From contig NIVC01000356.1 of NCBI GenBank assembly GCA_002269645.1, positions 124,001 through 188,000 of the forward strand: 64,000 nt of DNA. Direction: 5' to 3'. The number at the start of each line of letters is the position of its first letter. Within the stretch, counting starts at the first letter, position 1. This DNA comes from Macrostomum lignano (taxonomy: Eukaryota). The position numbers and the translations under genes are program-made. Shown here one piece after another: positions 12,424 through 23,664 of the stretch. Below the pieces are notes generated by a model. That model saw only the letters and a list, made by a program, of their open reading frames with translations, was not told the origin of the DNA and did not search any database.

Positions 12424-13439
12424 AGCTTATAACTTGGCTCATTTAGCTTATTAAAAATGTTTATCATGGGAGCATCATGCAAAAATAATGGAAGCGTCAT
12501 GCAAAAACAATGGAAGCGTCATGCCAAAAATCATAGAAGCATCGATCATGCAAAAACTCATGGACAAAATATTGAATTTAGGGTTTTGGTTAGGGTTAGA
12601 ATTTTGACAGGAGATTTTTTAAAATTTCAAGGCTACATGTAGCTTGTTAAAAATACGTGTATTGCATTTCTTTGGCTCCCCAACGGGGGGCGTAGATTGC
12701 TAGTCTCTCCTATTATCTTTTATCTTTTCTTTTATCCCCTCTGTCGCCTCTCCTCTCTTCGAATCGTCTATTCCTTCTTCTTTCCACTTTCATCTGCCCT
12801 CAGAGTCAGCTATGAGCTGGATTCTTTATCTGGCCTTTGAAGTAAAAGTCTGCCCATCCCTGCTTGGAAAGCCAGTTTGTGGGACGTAGTACTCTCATGG
12901 TTGTTCTCATGCTTTGATCACGTCATCTTTCTTGCCAATTTGCAGCCCTGAAAGGAATTTGTGTATCTTCAGCTCCACTGCAGTCTGCATCAGTCTAACA
13001 ACCAAGGAAATACGCATTTCTTAGGAGGCCATTTAATATTTACACAGTACCTTTAAAAGAAAACCTAAAATTTCCATGGTGTGCCTAGGGTTGTATTGCA
13101 TTGCATCGCATCACCTTTTCATAAATATTTCGCTTTTACAAACCATGCTGGATAGTGGATTCCCTCAATTTGCCAATTGCCATCCAGTGTTAAACTGCTG
13201 CAGAGTTTGCCAATACAGAGGGGAGGGCAGTGGTTAAAATTTCTCACTAAACTGTTATGGCTAAACGTAGCCTCTCCACTCTCGGGGTGGAATTCCAAAA
13301 CACTGTACATTTGCTATGTACATTCAGTCCTATCGCCTGACCCTTCGTCTGGCTCTGGGGCAATGAGTGAATGAGTGGCACAAACAACAGAAAAAGCAGA
13401 CAAACTTCACATGCTTACAGTTTCTTTTTTGGTTGAGTT

Positions 13440-14016
13440 ACAGAGTTGAAACTTTACATTTAGATAGAGAATGAGTCAATGAAGAATTGTGTCAAGTTTG
13501 AAGTCAATCGCTTTACGTGGAGCAAACTTATGGCAGCTGAAAGTTAGTCAATTTTGAAACCCTTTTACACATCTGGGCCCAGATCGGTATTGGGAAAGAG
13601 AGGCAGGCGAGCGGAGGTTGGGGTGGTTGCTACGCTGAAAAAAACAGCCAAACTTTAAAAGTGCACACCGCCGTTCAGGATTAACTTTCAGACTTGAAAT
13701 TTTACATGATTGTGCCAAAATAGTTGAAAATTGTCTGTGTCAAATTTGAAAAGAATCGGTAGAAGTGGAGCGGCGCTATGGAGGATTTAGTGAAAAAATT
13801 GCGCATTTTGAGCAGTTTTTTGCACTTTTAGGTAGGAAGACTCAAATTTAGGAAATTGAAAGATAGCCTAAGACATTCTCCGTAGTGAGTTTAGGGTGGG
13901 TGTAAAATTTGGTGTCATTTGGTTGAGCGGTTTGGGAGTCCATAGCGATCAAAATTGTCCACACACAGACAGACACACACACACACACACAGAGTTTTGA
14001 TTTTTATATGTAGAGA
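13440..14016 (-). mobile_element. Third Helitron-like non-autonomous element; 5' end clear, 3' end unresolved
   Basis: Minus strand reads A|TCTCTACATATAAAAATC, then a (GT/GTCT)n microsatellite, then repeated ccgatt...caaa(c/t)ttgacac motifs similar to the aaccgattttc...aaacttgcac of A and B. Confidence 0.6.
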
Positions 14017-15632
14017 TGTGTTCAAAGTTGACTCTTTGTAGATACGTACCAGTGGAGGAAAACAAAGAATGCAATAAAAATTTTGAATAAACTGCAACAT
14101 GTAGCTTCCGACCAGCGATCGATCTTAGCCTTAACATTTCAGCAATTTCCCCATGATGATCGAGCCTTGCATCAAAGCAACTTCCAATATGAGCTTTGAC
14201 TTTTTAAGAATTCGTCCACGAATCTTTTATATAGTTGAACCTCAACCTTCCTTAACCCTTAACCCTAAATCTAAGCTTAAACATCCTGCTGAATTTTTAC
14301 ATGACGCAATTCTTACATGTATGTACAGTAATTTGACATGACGCTTCTTGTAGTGGAAATTGCAAGTGCATTCAGAATTTAAATGTACACTATCCGTATA
14401 GATTCGTAGAACATACATGTACATATGTCGATGTTCTAATAGCAGCATGAATAGCACATCTGCACACAGTACAGTACATGGAAACTGTTGATACGATGAC
14501 TTTGCCTGGTGAATAAGCTACGAGAGCTTTTTGTTTTGATTTTACTTTTTATATCTATAGTTATTTAATTTTAGCACTATTTGTATAAATTTGTCATGGA
14601 GTCGGCTTGGAACTTGCATAAAAACGTAACAAAATTTACTGTCTTTTAAAAGTAATCGCGCATGTAGCTATAGCGCAAGTTTGCATTTTTTGTTTTTTTT
14701 TCTTTTCCAAAATACGATGTAATAATCCTCAAAACATTATGGTTTGTTATATTTGGTGAAACGAAAATACGATAATTGAGTGTGTTCGATTTGAATTTTG
14801 ATGCTTCATTCTTGTAGACTACTCAAAACTACCAGTTCATATACTGAGCATAGCTAAAGATAAAGAGAAAATTCAAAAGAGACTCATTTCTATAGAGAAA
14901 ACTGTCTTAAATAACTTATTTAAGTAGGACTATGTTTGATCGACCAGTATTTAGTTTGATTTCATTATGATTCGTTCATAAATTATCAAGACTATTTTGT
15001 AAAGGATTCTATAGTGAAATATTGAATTTAATTCATTTTTCTGTCTTTTTTTGTAATCAGAATCTTTTTAGCGATACAGTCAATTCAAATTATTTAAAAA
15101 AAACAGTACATGATTTTATTATCTTAGAAGTTTATTTTAGCCTGATATTTAGATTATTGATTTAAAGATTCTGGCGATTTAAAATCCCTACTTTGTATTT
15201 ATATGGTATTATAAATACAACCTATAGCCTTTGTAACTATATTTCAATTTATAATTTAGTTTGAGTCAAGTTTGAATAGTAAAAACTATTTTTATTGAGC
15301 AATTCAAAACAATCATTTGAATTTACTTCTGAAATTCATATTCACACCTAATTTGTGACTCCATCATTTCACACTAAGTCAATACTTAAATAAACAGATT
15401 CTGTTGATTATAAAACAGCTTAAAGCTATAGATTAAGTAAAATAGCCATGGAAACTTTACTGCATTTAGATGCATATTCAAGTACTCATCACTCGTCAGC
15501 ACAGACAATTTTAGTGTCTTCGAAATTCTTTCTTTGCATCATTATTGATTGCATTTTTGCTATCTTAAGCGTCGAAGATCTCCCTAACCAGCTCACCGAT
15601 GTTTTTTTCAACTTTATCATGCTACACCGCAG

Positions 15633-18600
15633 GCAGCCGTCAACTACTTCTACAGCGATATCCAGTCGCCAGACGAGTTTCTCGTCGGCGAGGATGGGAA
15701 CTGCGGCACCGACTGGCTTGACGAGCTCTGCGGCTCGCTGCCCAGTCCGCCAGTTCTGCACGATCACATGATGTCTCAGACGGCGACGTCTACAGCCAGC
15801 AGTAGCCAGGGTCAGCAGCTATCGGCAGGCGAAATCCTGCTGACAGCTTCTTCATCAACCGCAGCATCCTCATTCTCATCGCCGAGCTGCTCCAACGGGC
15901 CGGACGTTGCGGCTACGGACGACGGGTCGGACAGCGGGCTGGACGTCAACCTGAACTCGCCCACAACTTGGCTGCTTATGGGGGATTATGGGCATGAGCA
16001 GGGGCGGGAGCAACTCGCTCAACAACAACAGCAACAGCAACAACATCTGTTGCTTCAGCAGCAGCAGCAACAACAACAACAGCAGGGCATGGAACTCGAC
16101 TGGATTAGCCCTCTAGACAGAGAAGAAGTGTCCCGCTTGCCCCCTCCTCCTCACAGTGGCAACAGCTGTTCTCGGAACTGGAATCTCAAGCCCGGTAAGT
16201 CAGCTCGACTGTAAAATACAGCAGTGTGCGCGCGTGCACTGAACAGTGAGTGCGTGGGGTGGTTTCGCCGAGGACTTACTTTTGACTGCAGTATTGCTTC
16301 GTAAGGTAAAATAAATAAAGCCGGATTAGCCGTCAATGAATGAGTGTGACTCATGCTCTCTCCCCCTCTCTCTCTTCTGCGGCCTCCGCTATTGAGGGTC
16401 TCCATGATTTTATGATTTTAGGGTCTCCATGGACAACTCGTGTCCAAGGTAGCAGAGGCATTATTCGCTGTTTTTGATCCCGCTTTCTTAGAAAGAGGCC
16501 ACTTAAAAGACAGAAAGAGAGAGAGAGAGAGAGGGGCGCAGGAGAAGGCCTGTAATGGAGTAAAAGGGAGTTTCGTCAGAAACTTTGGCGCACTGCAATT
16601 CAATACGCAGACTCGAGTCGGAAATCCTACTCTAGGAATTTTAACTCGCACTCCCCCTCATAGCTAAGATAGAAATGCATGTAGAAATGCGGAAGAAATT
16701 TTCTGTGCTCCCGTTTGGCCAGAATTGCCAATTCGCACCGCGCGGCTAAAGCAACTAAAAATGTTTCTGAAAACAAACGTGTTTCACAAAATTCTTATAA
16801 ATTTGCACAAATTTTCCAAGCTAAAAAGATTTTTTGTGGGTTAGACTGTGGGTCAAATCCACAAACTGACCCACAGTCTGACCCACAGTCTGACCCACAG
16901 TCTGACCCACAGTCTCACCCACAGTCTCACCCACAGTCTCACCCACAGTCTGACCCACAGTCTGACCCACAATCTGACCCACAATCTGCCCCACAATCTG
17001 ACCCACAATCTGCCCCACAGTCTGACCCACAGTCTGATTCACAGTCTGACCCACAGTCTGATTCACAGTCTGACCCACAGTATGACTCACAATCTGACCC
17101 ACAATCTGACCCACAGTCTGACCCACAGTCTGACCCACAGTCTGACCCACAGTCTGACCCACAGTCTGATTCACAGTCTGACCCACAGTCTGATTCACAG
17201 TCTGACCCACAGTCTGACCCACAATCTGACCCACAATCTGACCCACAGTCTGATTCACAATCTGATTAACAATCTGACCGACAATCTGATTCACAATCTG
17301 ATTAACAATCTGACCCACAATTTGGCCCACAGTCTGACCCACAGTCTGATTAACAATCTGATCCACAATCTGACCCACAGTCTGACCCACAGTCTGATTC
17401 ACAATCTGATTAACAATCCGGCCCACAATCTGACCCAAAGTCTGACCCACAGTCTGACCCACAGTCTGACCCACAGTCTGACTCACAGAACTCGCCAACC
17501 TCGCAGAGCTGGGCGCCCAGCTCAGCTCCAACAGGCCCGGCCAGTGCCTCCTGCAGCTCACCGCGGAGGAGCGATTCACCTACGCCAGCGAGGGCATCCC
17601 GCCGCCAACCGGGCTGCCGCTGAGCGCGCACGAGGAGAAAGCTTTGAAACGAATCAGGCGGAAGCTGAAGAATAAATGGAGCGCGCAGGAGAGCCGGCGT
17701 CGAAAGAAAGAGTACATGGAGTCGCTGGAGCAGCGGTGAGTACGAGTTGGGCCATCTGACTGAGTTTATTGATTTCTCTACCGGAATTCGAAGTTTTATG
17801 GTCTAAGTGTCCACCACCCAGCCATCTAGGGCACGTAAATCTGTGACGCGTCCATTTTCGAGCCTTAGGATAGCTGACTCAACTATCTATGACTCGACTA
17901 TTCATTACTCAACTATTTATGACTCGACTATCTATTAATATACGAGTATTACTCAACTATCCATGACTCAACTATGACTCAACTATCTATGACTCAAGTA
18001 TCTATGACCCAGCGATCTATGACTATAGTCTATAATGTATCTGGATATCTATGACTGAGCTGTCTAACAGTCTCTAACAGAGAAAAATCTCTTAGACCCC
18101 GCTATTTAAGCTCGTATGACCCAACCAGCAATGACCCAACAGATTCTTAGTTGCCATATGTGCAACTAGGAAATCTATTACTAAAAACGTTTCTATGAGC
18201 CAACAGTCGATTAAGTGACCATCTTTATAAACCTGAGTTGTACACGCCAGGCTTAAGCTACTGCAATCATAAAACAGACCGACCCCCTCCCCCACAACCC
18301 AGAGTGGACCAGTACGCCACCGAGAACGACAGCCTGCGTCGCCGAGTTGACCAGCTGGAGAGCAGCAACCGCGGCCTGCTCGCCCAGCTCCGCCAGCTGC
18401 AGCAGACCTGCGCCAACGCCTCCGCCACAGCGGCCGCCGCTGCAGCTGCTGCAGCCTCCAGCGCCGTGGTTCGAACTCGCCAGCATCAGCCGCAAACTCC
18501 GCTTGGCCGTGTCAGCTCGCGAACTGAATCGTCAACTTCTTCGACAACGTCGCTATCAGCCGCGGCGACCTCGACCACAACCCTGGCCGCCGTGGTGCTC

Positions 18601-19182
18601 TGCTTCGCTTTGTTCTTCACGGTGCCGCCGACCGCTCTGCTGACTGGCGGCGGCGGCGGCGGTGCCAGCGTCTCATCCCAGCATCCCGAGCTGCATCAGC
18701 ACTATCACTATCACTATCACGGGCAGCGAGGCCACATCAACCAGCGGAGCCATCATCAGCACCACCAGCAGCCGCAGCCGCAGTTGCCAAGGGCAACGCT
18801 GTCGCTATCGCTGGACCCGGGGCTCCTGCGACCTACGGCGCCGCTGATCTGGTGGCAGAGAAACAACGAGACGCCTGGCGCCGGCTATTACTCCAGCTAC
18901 GACTATTATTACTATTACTATTATTACTACAGCAGGCTGGGCGGGTTCGGCCCGGCAGCGGCCGCACCGGATATTGATCCGAATCTCCATCCGGCTGGCC
19001 CGGAGGTGCCGGACGAGGCCGCGGCCTGGCGCACCTGGCGACGCAGGCGGCCCGGCCGGGTGTTCCCAGCGGGCACCGCCTACGGCCCCAGCCTGCTCAG
19101 CTGTCAGGGCCCCGATACCGCGCCGGGGAATGACACCCTGGTCACTGGTGGCAGCCTGCTGCTGGCGCCGCCTGGTGCCTGA
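15633..19182 (+). CDS. CREB3L: CREB3/OASIS-family ER-membrane bZIP transcription factor; join(15633..16194,17489..17735,18303..19182). First in-frame Met is at 15768 (517 aa from there); true start uncertain.
   Basis: [62 protein letters not shown] is followed by a leucine zipper, a TM segment ([14 protein letters not shown]) and luminal RATL (RxxL). GT-AG introns with phases 1 and 2 fit. Confidence 0.9.
16847..17488. repeat. 12-bp minisatellite (cccacagtctga), about 50 copies, ending at the exon-2 splice acceptor
   Basis: Tandem units; the last unit ctgactcacAG is the acceptor. Confidence 0.95.
17876..18060. repeat. Degenerate ~15-bp repeat (gactcaactatctat) in CREB3L intron 2
   Basis: Tandem imperfect units. 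Confidence 0.7.
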
Positions 19183-19254
19183 CGGCTGAACTGTTGGATG
19201 CTGGAGACATTGTAGGGCAACGGAACTGGATGCTGGCTGGGGGACAGGACAGGG

Positions 19255-19910
19255 AATGGTATTGTGACTGATTCACAGAAGAGGGAATGGCATTGTGTCT
19301 CACTCACAGAAGAGAGAATGGCATTGTGTCTCACTCACAGAAGAGAGAATGGCATTGTGTCTCACTCACAGAAGAGAGAATGGCATTGTGTCTCACTCAC
19401 AGAAGAGAGAATGGCATTGCGTCTCACTCACAGAAGAGAGAATGGCATTGTGTCTCACTCACAGAAGAGAGAATGGCATTGTGTCTCACTCACAGAAGAG
19501 AGAATGGCATTGCGTCTCACTCACAGAAGAGAGAATGGTATTGTGACTGATTCACAGAAGAGAGAATGGCATTGCGTCTCACTCACAGAAGAGAGAATGG
19601 CATTGTGTCTCACTCACAGAAGAGAGAATGGCATTGCGTCTCACTCACAGAAGAGAGAATGGCATTGTGTCTCACTCACAGAAGAGAGAATGGCATTGTG
19701 TCTCACTCACAGAAGAGGGAATGGCACTGCAACTGAGTAACAGGTGAGGGAATGGCACTGCAGCTGAGTAACAGGAGAGGGAATGGCACTGCAACTGAGT
19801 AACAGGAGAGGGAATGGCACTGCAACTGAGTAACAGGAGAGGGAATGGCACTGCAACTGAGTAACAGGAGAGGGAATGGCACTGCAACTGAGTAACAGGA
19901 GAGGGAATAG
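19255..19910. repeat. Two adjacent related 31-bp minisatellites (cagaagagagaatggcattgtgtctcactca, then gggaatggcactgcaactgagtaacaggaga) just 3' of the CREB3L stop
   Basis: Tandem units sharing a gaatggca core. Confidence 0.95.
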
Positions 19911-20467
19911 CAAGAGAAATTCCACAACAATTAGAAAAAAGGCTTTTACATGTGTCTAAACTTAAACGCATAATTAATTTCCCAAGAAGCGCAAAAACTA
20001 CTTATATTTATCATTTTCTCATATTTTACTGGTGTGCCAATTTAAGTAGTATATCTAGTACATTGACTAATCACTTATAATTATTTTTTACTGGCAAAAG
20101 TATCTCACTACTGGTGTTGCAAGTAGTATAGTCGAATATGATCCGATCTTCTCTGACTTGCCATTGTTCAGCTCAAGTAAGGTTGGACTTCATACTTACT
20201 GACCAATTTTACGATTAATTTATTATGCATTATAAAGTTTTTGATTTTTCCGGGTGACCAGGATTATTTAGAATAATTGCATAGTTTTTAGTTAGCGAGG
20301 CTTCTAACGAGTGTTCTTATTTTGTCAATATATTCCGAGTTTGATTCCTACAACAATTTTATTGTTTCATTTCTTGTGAATTTTTCAGAAAGTCTGTTGT
20401 ATTCGATTGTTATTTAATTTTTCAGAGATGTGAATAAGATGTGAATAGGTAAATGAGAAACAACCGT

Positions 20468-21255
20468 CGCTAGCAGACATGGGTGAGAGTCTGGTACTGG
20501 AGTCTCAAAGGTAGAGCCATCGCTAACCATGGGTGAGAGTCTGGTACTGGAGTCTCAAATGTAGAGCCATTGCTAGCAGACATCGGGTGAGAGTCTGGTA
20601 CAGGGAGTCTCAAATGTAGATCCGTCGCTAGCAGACATGGGGTGAGAGTCTGGTACTGGAGTCTCAAAGGTAGAGCTATCGCTAACCATGGGGTGAGACT
20701 ATGGTACAAGAGTCTTAAATGTAGAGCCATCTCTAGCAGATATGGGGTGAGAGTCTGGTACTGGAGTCTCAAAGGTAGATCGATCCGTCTCTAGCAGACA
20801 TGGGGTGAGAGTCTGGTACTGGAGTCTCAAATGTAGAGCCATTGCTAGCAGACATCGGGTGAGAGTCTGGTACAGGGAGTCTCAAATGTAGATCCGTCTC
20901 TAGCAGACATGGGGTGAGAGTCTGGTACAGGAGTCTCAAAGGTAGATACATCGCTAGCAGACATGGGGTGAGAGTCTGGTACTGGAGTCTCAAATGTAGA
21001 GCCATCTCTAGCAGACATGGGGTGAGAGTCTGGTACTGGAGTCTCAAATGTATTGTAGATCCGTCTCTAGCAGACATGGGGTGAGAGTCTGGTACTGGAG
21101 TCTCAAATGTAGATCCGTCTCTAGCAGACATGGGGTGAGAGTCTGGTACTGGAGTCTCAAATGTAGATCCGTCTCTAGCAGACATGGGGTGAGAGTCTGG
21201 TACTGGAGTCTCAAAGGTAGAGCCATCGCTAACCATGGGGTGAGAGTCTGGAGTC
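20468..21255. repeat. ~54-bp minisatellite (tagcagacatggggtgagagtctggtactggagtctcaaatgtagatccgtctc)
   Basis: Tandem units; 18-aa periodicity in the overlapping ORFs. Confidence 0.95.
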
Positions 21256-21459
21256 TCAGTTAAACCAGTTATAGCATCTTCATTGCTAGTTAAAATTCAA
21301 ATGACAAAAATCTGCTGTTTGAGTTATATACTTGCAACCAAAAGTAAACTATAGTGGTTATAGCTTATTTATTTGTCAATAGTGCTGTTTCACTCATAAC
21401 CAATTGGTAAAGTTCAGGGAATTTATGTCAGTAATTGTCTGTTGAGTATAGGCGTCAGC

Positions 21460-22289
21460 TCAATTGCCAGTGCTACCAGTCATGATGAAGGCCTTCTTAG
21501 CGTAGATGTTGTCGGTGCGAAAATTCATAGTGACCTTGGAGTACGGAACACACCTCAGCGTGATCTGCTGGTCGTCCAGTCTTCCTCGGAGAGTGCGATA
21601 GGAGCGAGCGTAGTTCTGGGGGTTCATGTAGGCAATGTCCACTACGTCGCAGCAGCTCTCAGTATCGAAGTCGCGGATGTTGATTCTCACGTTGCCGCCG
21701 CCTCTACCGTTCTCAGTTTCGTTAAACAGGACGTAGTCGCAGTTTAGGCCGTTTTCGTAGTTATCGCCCTCTACTCCGCTGGATGCGGCATTCAAGTAGA
21801 ACTGGTAGCCGCTCGAAGTAGCGGTCTTCTGGAGTCTTGGACACTTGGCCGCTGTAATTTCAGGAGGGCAGTTACGGATTTAATCTAGAAAAATCCTGGT
21901 AGAAAAAATTCAGGATTTGAAAGCCCCACAAACTAATTAATTAGCAGCATCTGAATGGTGCGCACGGCTGTTCAGTCCAAGGACTGGGGGAGGGGGTCGC
22001 CACACACACCACCCCAAGGACTACTAGACTACTTGAGTGTTCCTAGTGGTCCTTGACACACCCTCAGTTCCTGGCACCGATTTTATAGCTAGGTGAACTG
22101 AAGCAATGCAGAGTTAAGTGCCTTGCACAAGGACACAATTTGTTTCGAGTGGGATCGGGAATCGAGCCCTCGACGTTCAACCCCTATGGAATAAAGCTAC
22201 AAACCAGACTGTAATTAACTGTTAGTCAATAACTTACAGGCAAAAGCGGCAAAGCAAGCCAAGACAAGCGCGCAGGTCAGTAGCTTCAT
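21460..22289 (-). CDS. Secreted single-CUB-domain protein A, 147 aa; complement(join(21460..21851,22238..22289))
   Basis: 52-nt signal-peptide exon (MKLLTCALVLACFAAFA) with a phase-1 GT-AG intron. CUB-like pattern Y.N.LNC.Y...V.I.I..F.TE.CCD...LRG...V...F.TD. AATAAA at 21368-21373 (-). Confidence 0.8.
21948..22185 (-). mobile_element. tRNA-derived SINE family 2, copy in the intron of CUB gene A
   Basis: B-box ggctcgattccc followed by tgtgtccttgtgcaaggcacttaact...cagttcacctagctataaaat; shares blocks with 23440-23660. Confidence 0.65.
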
Positions 22290-22893
22290 GGCTGAAGGCA
22301 AAGTATTAGGTCAAGATTATCAATTCAGGCGACAGGATTCCAGTGGTTCCAGGAGTGTATTCGTTGGAAAAAATATTGCCCTTTGATCAGCTGAGCAAAC
22401 TCTTGCAAAGAAAACAATTTCACACTTTTACGCTGATGCACGCATACGAGCGTTTACTCTGCCTGAGCAGCTGTGACAATTCTTGTAAACTGGAGTATTT
22501 AATTGCTAGAAAGGAATGTCTGACCCAAAACAATTTTGGATTACCATGGCAACTAACTGCTCTGTTTAGTCAGTGTACCAAATAAAGTCGGTCAAAGGCA
22601 CTTTATTCAGCATACCGGATTTGGACTGTCAACAAGTTGGCTTGCTGGGGACAGTTCAAGTGTCAGCATTTGAGTTTTCGGGTCTGTATTTTCTATTCTG
22701 ATTTGATAGACCTAAAAACTGCATGAACTGCGCAAATCAAGACTAATTTCCATCCACACGATGCCTCAGAACTCTCATTTTGAGGTAGCGGCTATATGCC
22801 AAAAAACCAGGCTGCTCTCAATGCACGATTGTATATAACTTGTACTCACTCTGTCTCACTGAATTCGTATGTATTCTATATAGTGACTATGCA

Positions 22894-23305
22894 CAGGGGC
22901 GTCGCCTCTGGGGGGGGGCAGGGGCACATGTCCCCCAGTAAAATCTATGGGGGGACATGCCAATGCTTTGTCCCACCCCCACCCCACCTTGTGACCCGTT
23001 ATGGAAATCAATAAGTTTGCTTCATGGGCGACAAAACATAGGGCCTGCGGCACTAAATGAGTGCCTGTGGCGCCAAAATGAGTGCCTGTGGCGCCAAAAT
23101 GAGTGCCTGTGGCGCCAAAATGAGTGCCTGTGGCGCCAAAATGAGTGCCTGTGGCGCCAAAAATGAGTGCCTGCGGCTCTAAAATGAGCGCTGACAACAC
23201 CGATTCTGAAAATAATGTATATATGTAGGAACTTTGTCATGTACACGTACATGTAGAATTCTTGGCTTTGTCCCACCCCATCATAAAATCCATGGCTATG
23301 CATGC
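22894..23305 (+). mobile_element. MITE-like element with an internal 21-bp satellite (aaaatgagtgcctgtggcgcc)
   Basis: Starts CAGGGGCGTCGCC; homologous to 32881-33360 (-) and 60900-61150. Right end degenerate. Confidence 0.65.
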
Positions 23306-23439
23306 ATGTGTATTGATCTCATGCTGGACGGCTATGAATTCCACTCTGATCACAAGCCCATGCCGTTCGTTCGGCAGTCTACTAGCATATGGTACACGAT
23401 TCTGTGATCTTGCTTCTCCGCAAAGAGGGGGGCAAGGAG

Positions 23440-23660
23440 GGGATTGTAACCTAGTTGGCTGGAGCATCTAACTCACGACTTGAAGGTCGGGGATTCGATT
23501 CCCGATCCCACTTGAAACAATTGCGGCTTTAAGCAAGATTGTGTGTTCACACAGCTGTAAAATGGGTGCCAGCATTAGCTGGGGTAATTGAAAGTGTGTG
23601 TGTGGTGACGCCCCAGTCCTTGGACTGAACAACCGTACGCAGCCTTCAGATGCGCGGCGC
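23440..23660 (+). mobile_element. tRNA-derived SINE family 2, second copy
   Basis: ggattcgattcccgatcccacttgaaacaa, cagctgtaaaatgggtgccag and ccccagtccttggactgaaca are shared with the reverse complement of 21948-22185. Confidence 0.65.
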
Positions 23661-23664
23661 AATA

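Larger units (their letters stand above)
8150..12703 (+). mobile_element. Non-autonomous Helitron-like element B, abutting A head-to-tail
   Basis: 5' TCCTATATACTAAAAATG at 8150; 3' hairpin gctcccc-aac-ggggggc (12675-12691) followed by gattgCTAG|T (12700-12704). Confidence 0.8.

Noticed and set aside
16715-17675. ORFs of 184-275 aa (QSDP/HSLT repeats)
   Set aside because: They lie in the CREB3L intron; the real exon-2 frame is the third frame, starting at 17489.
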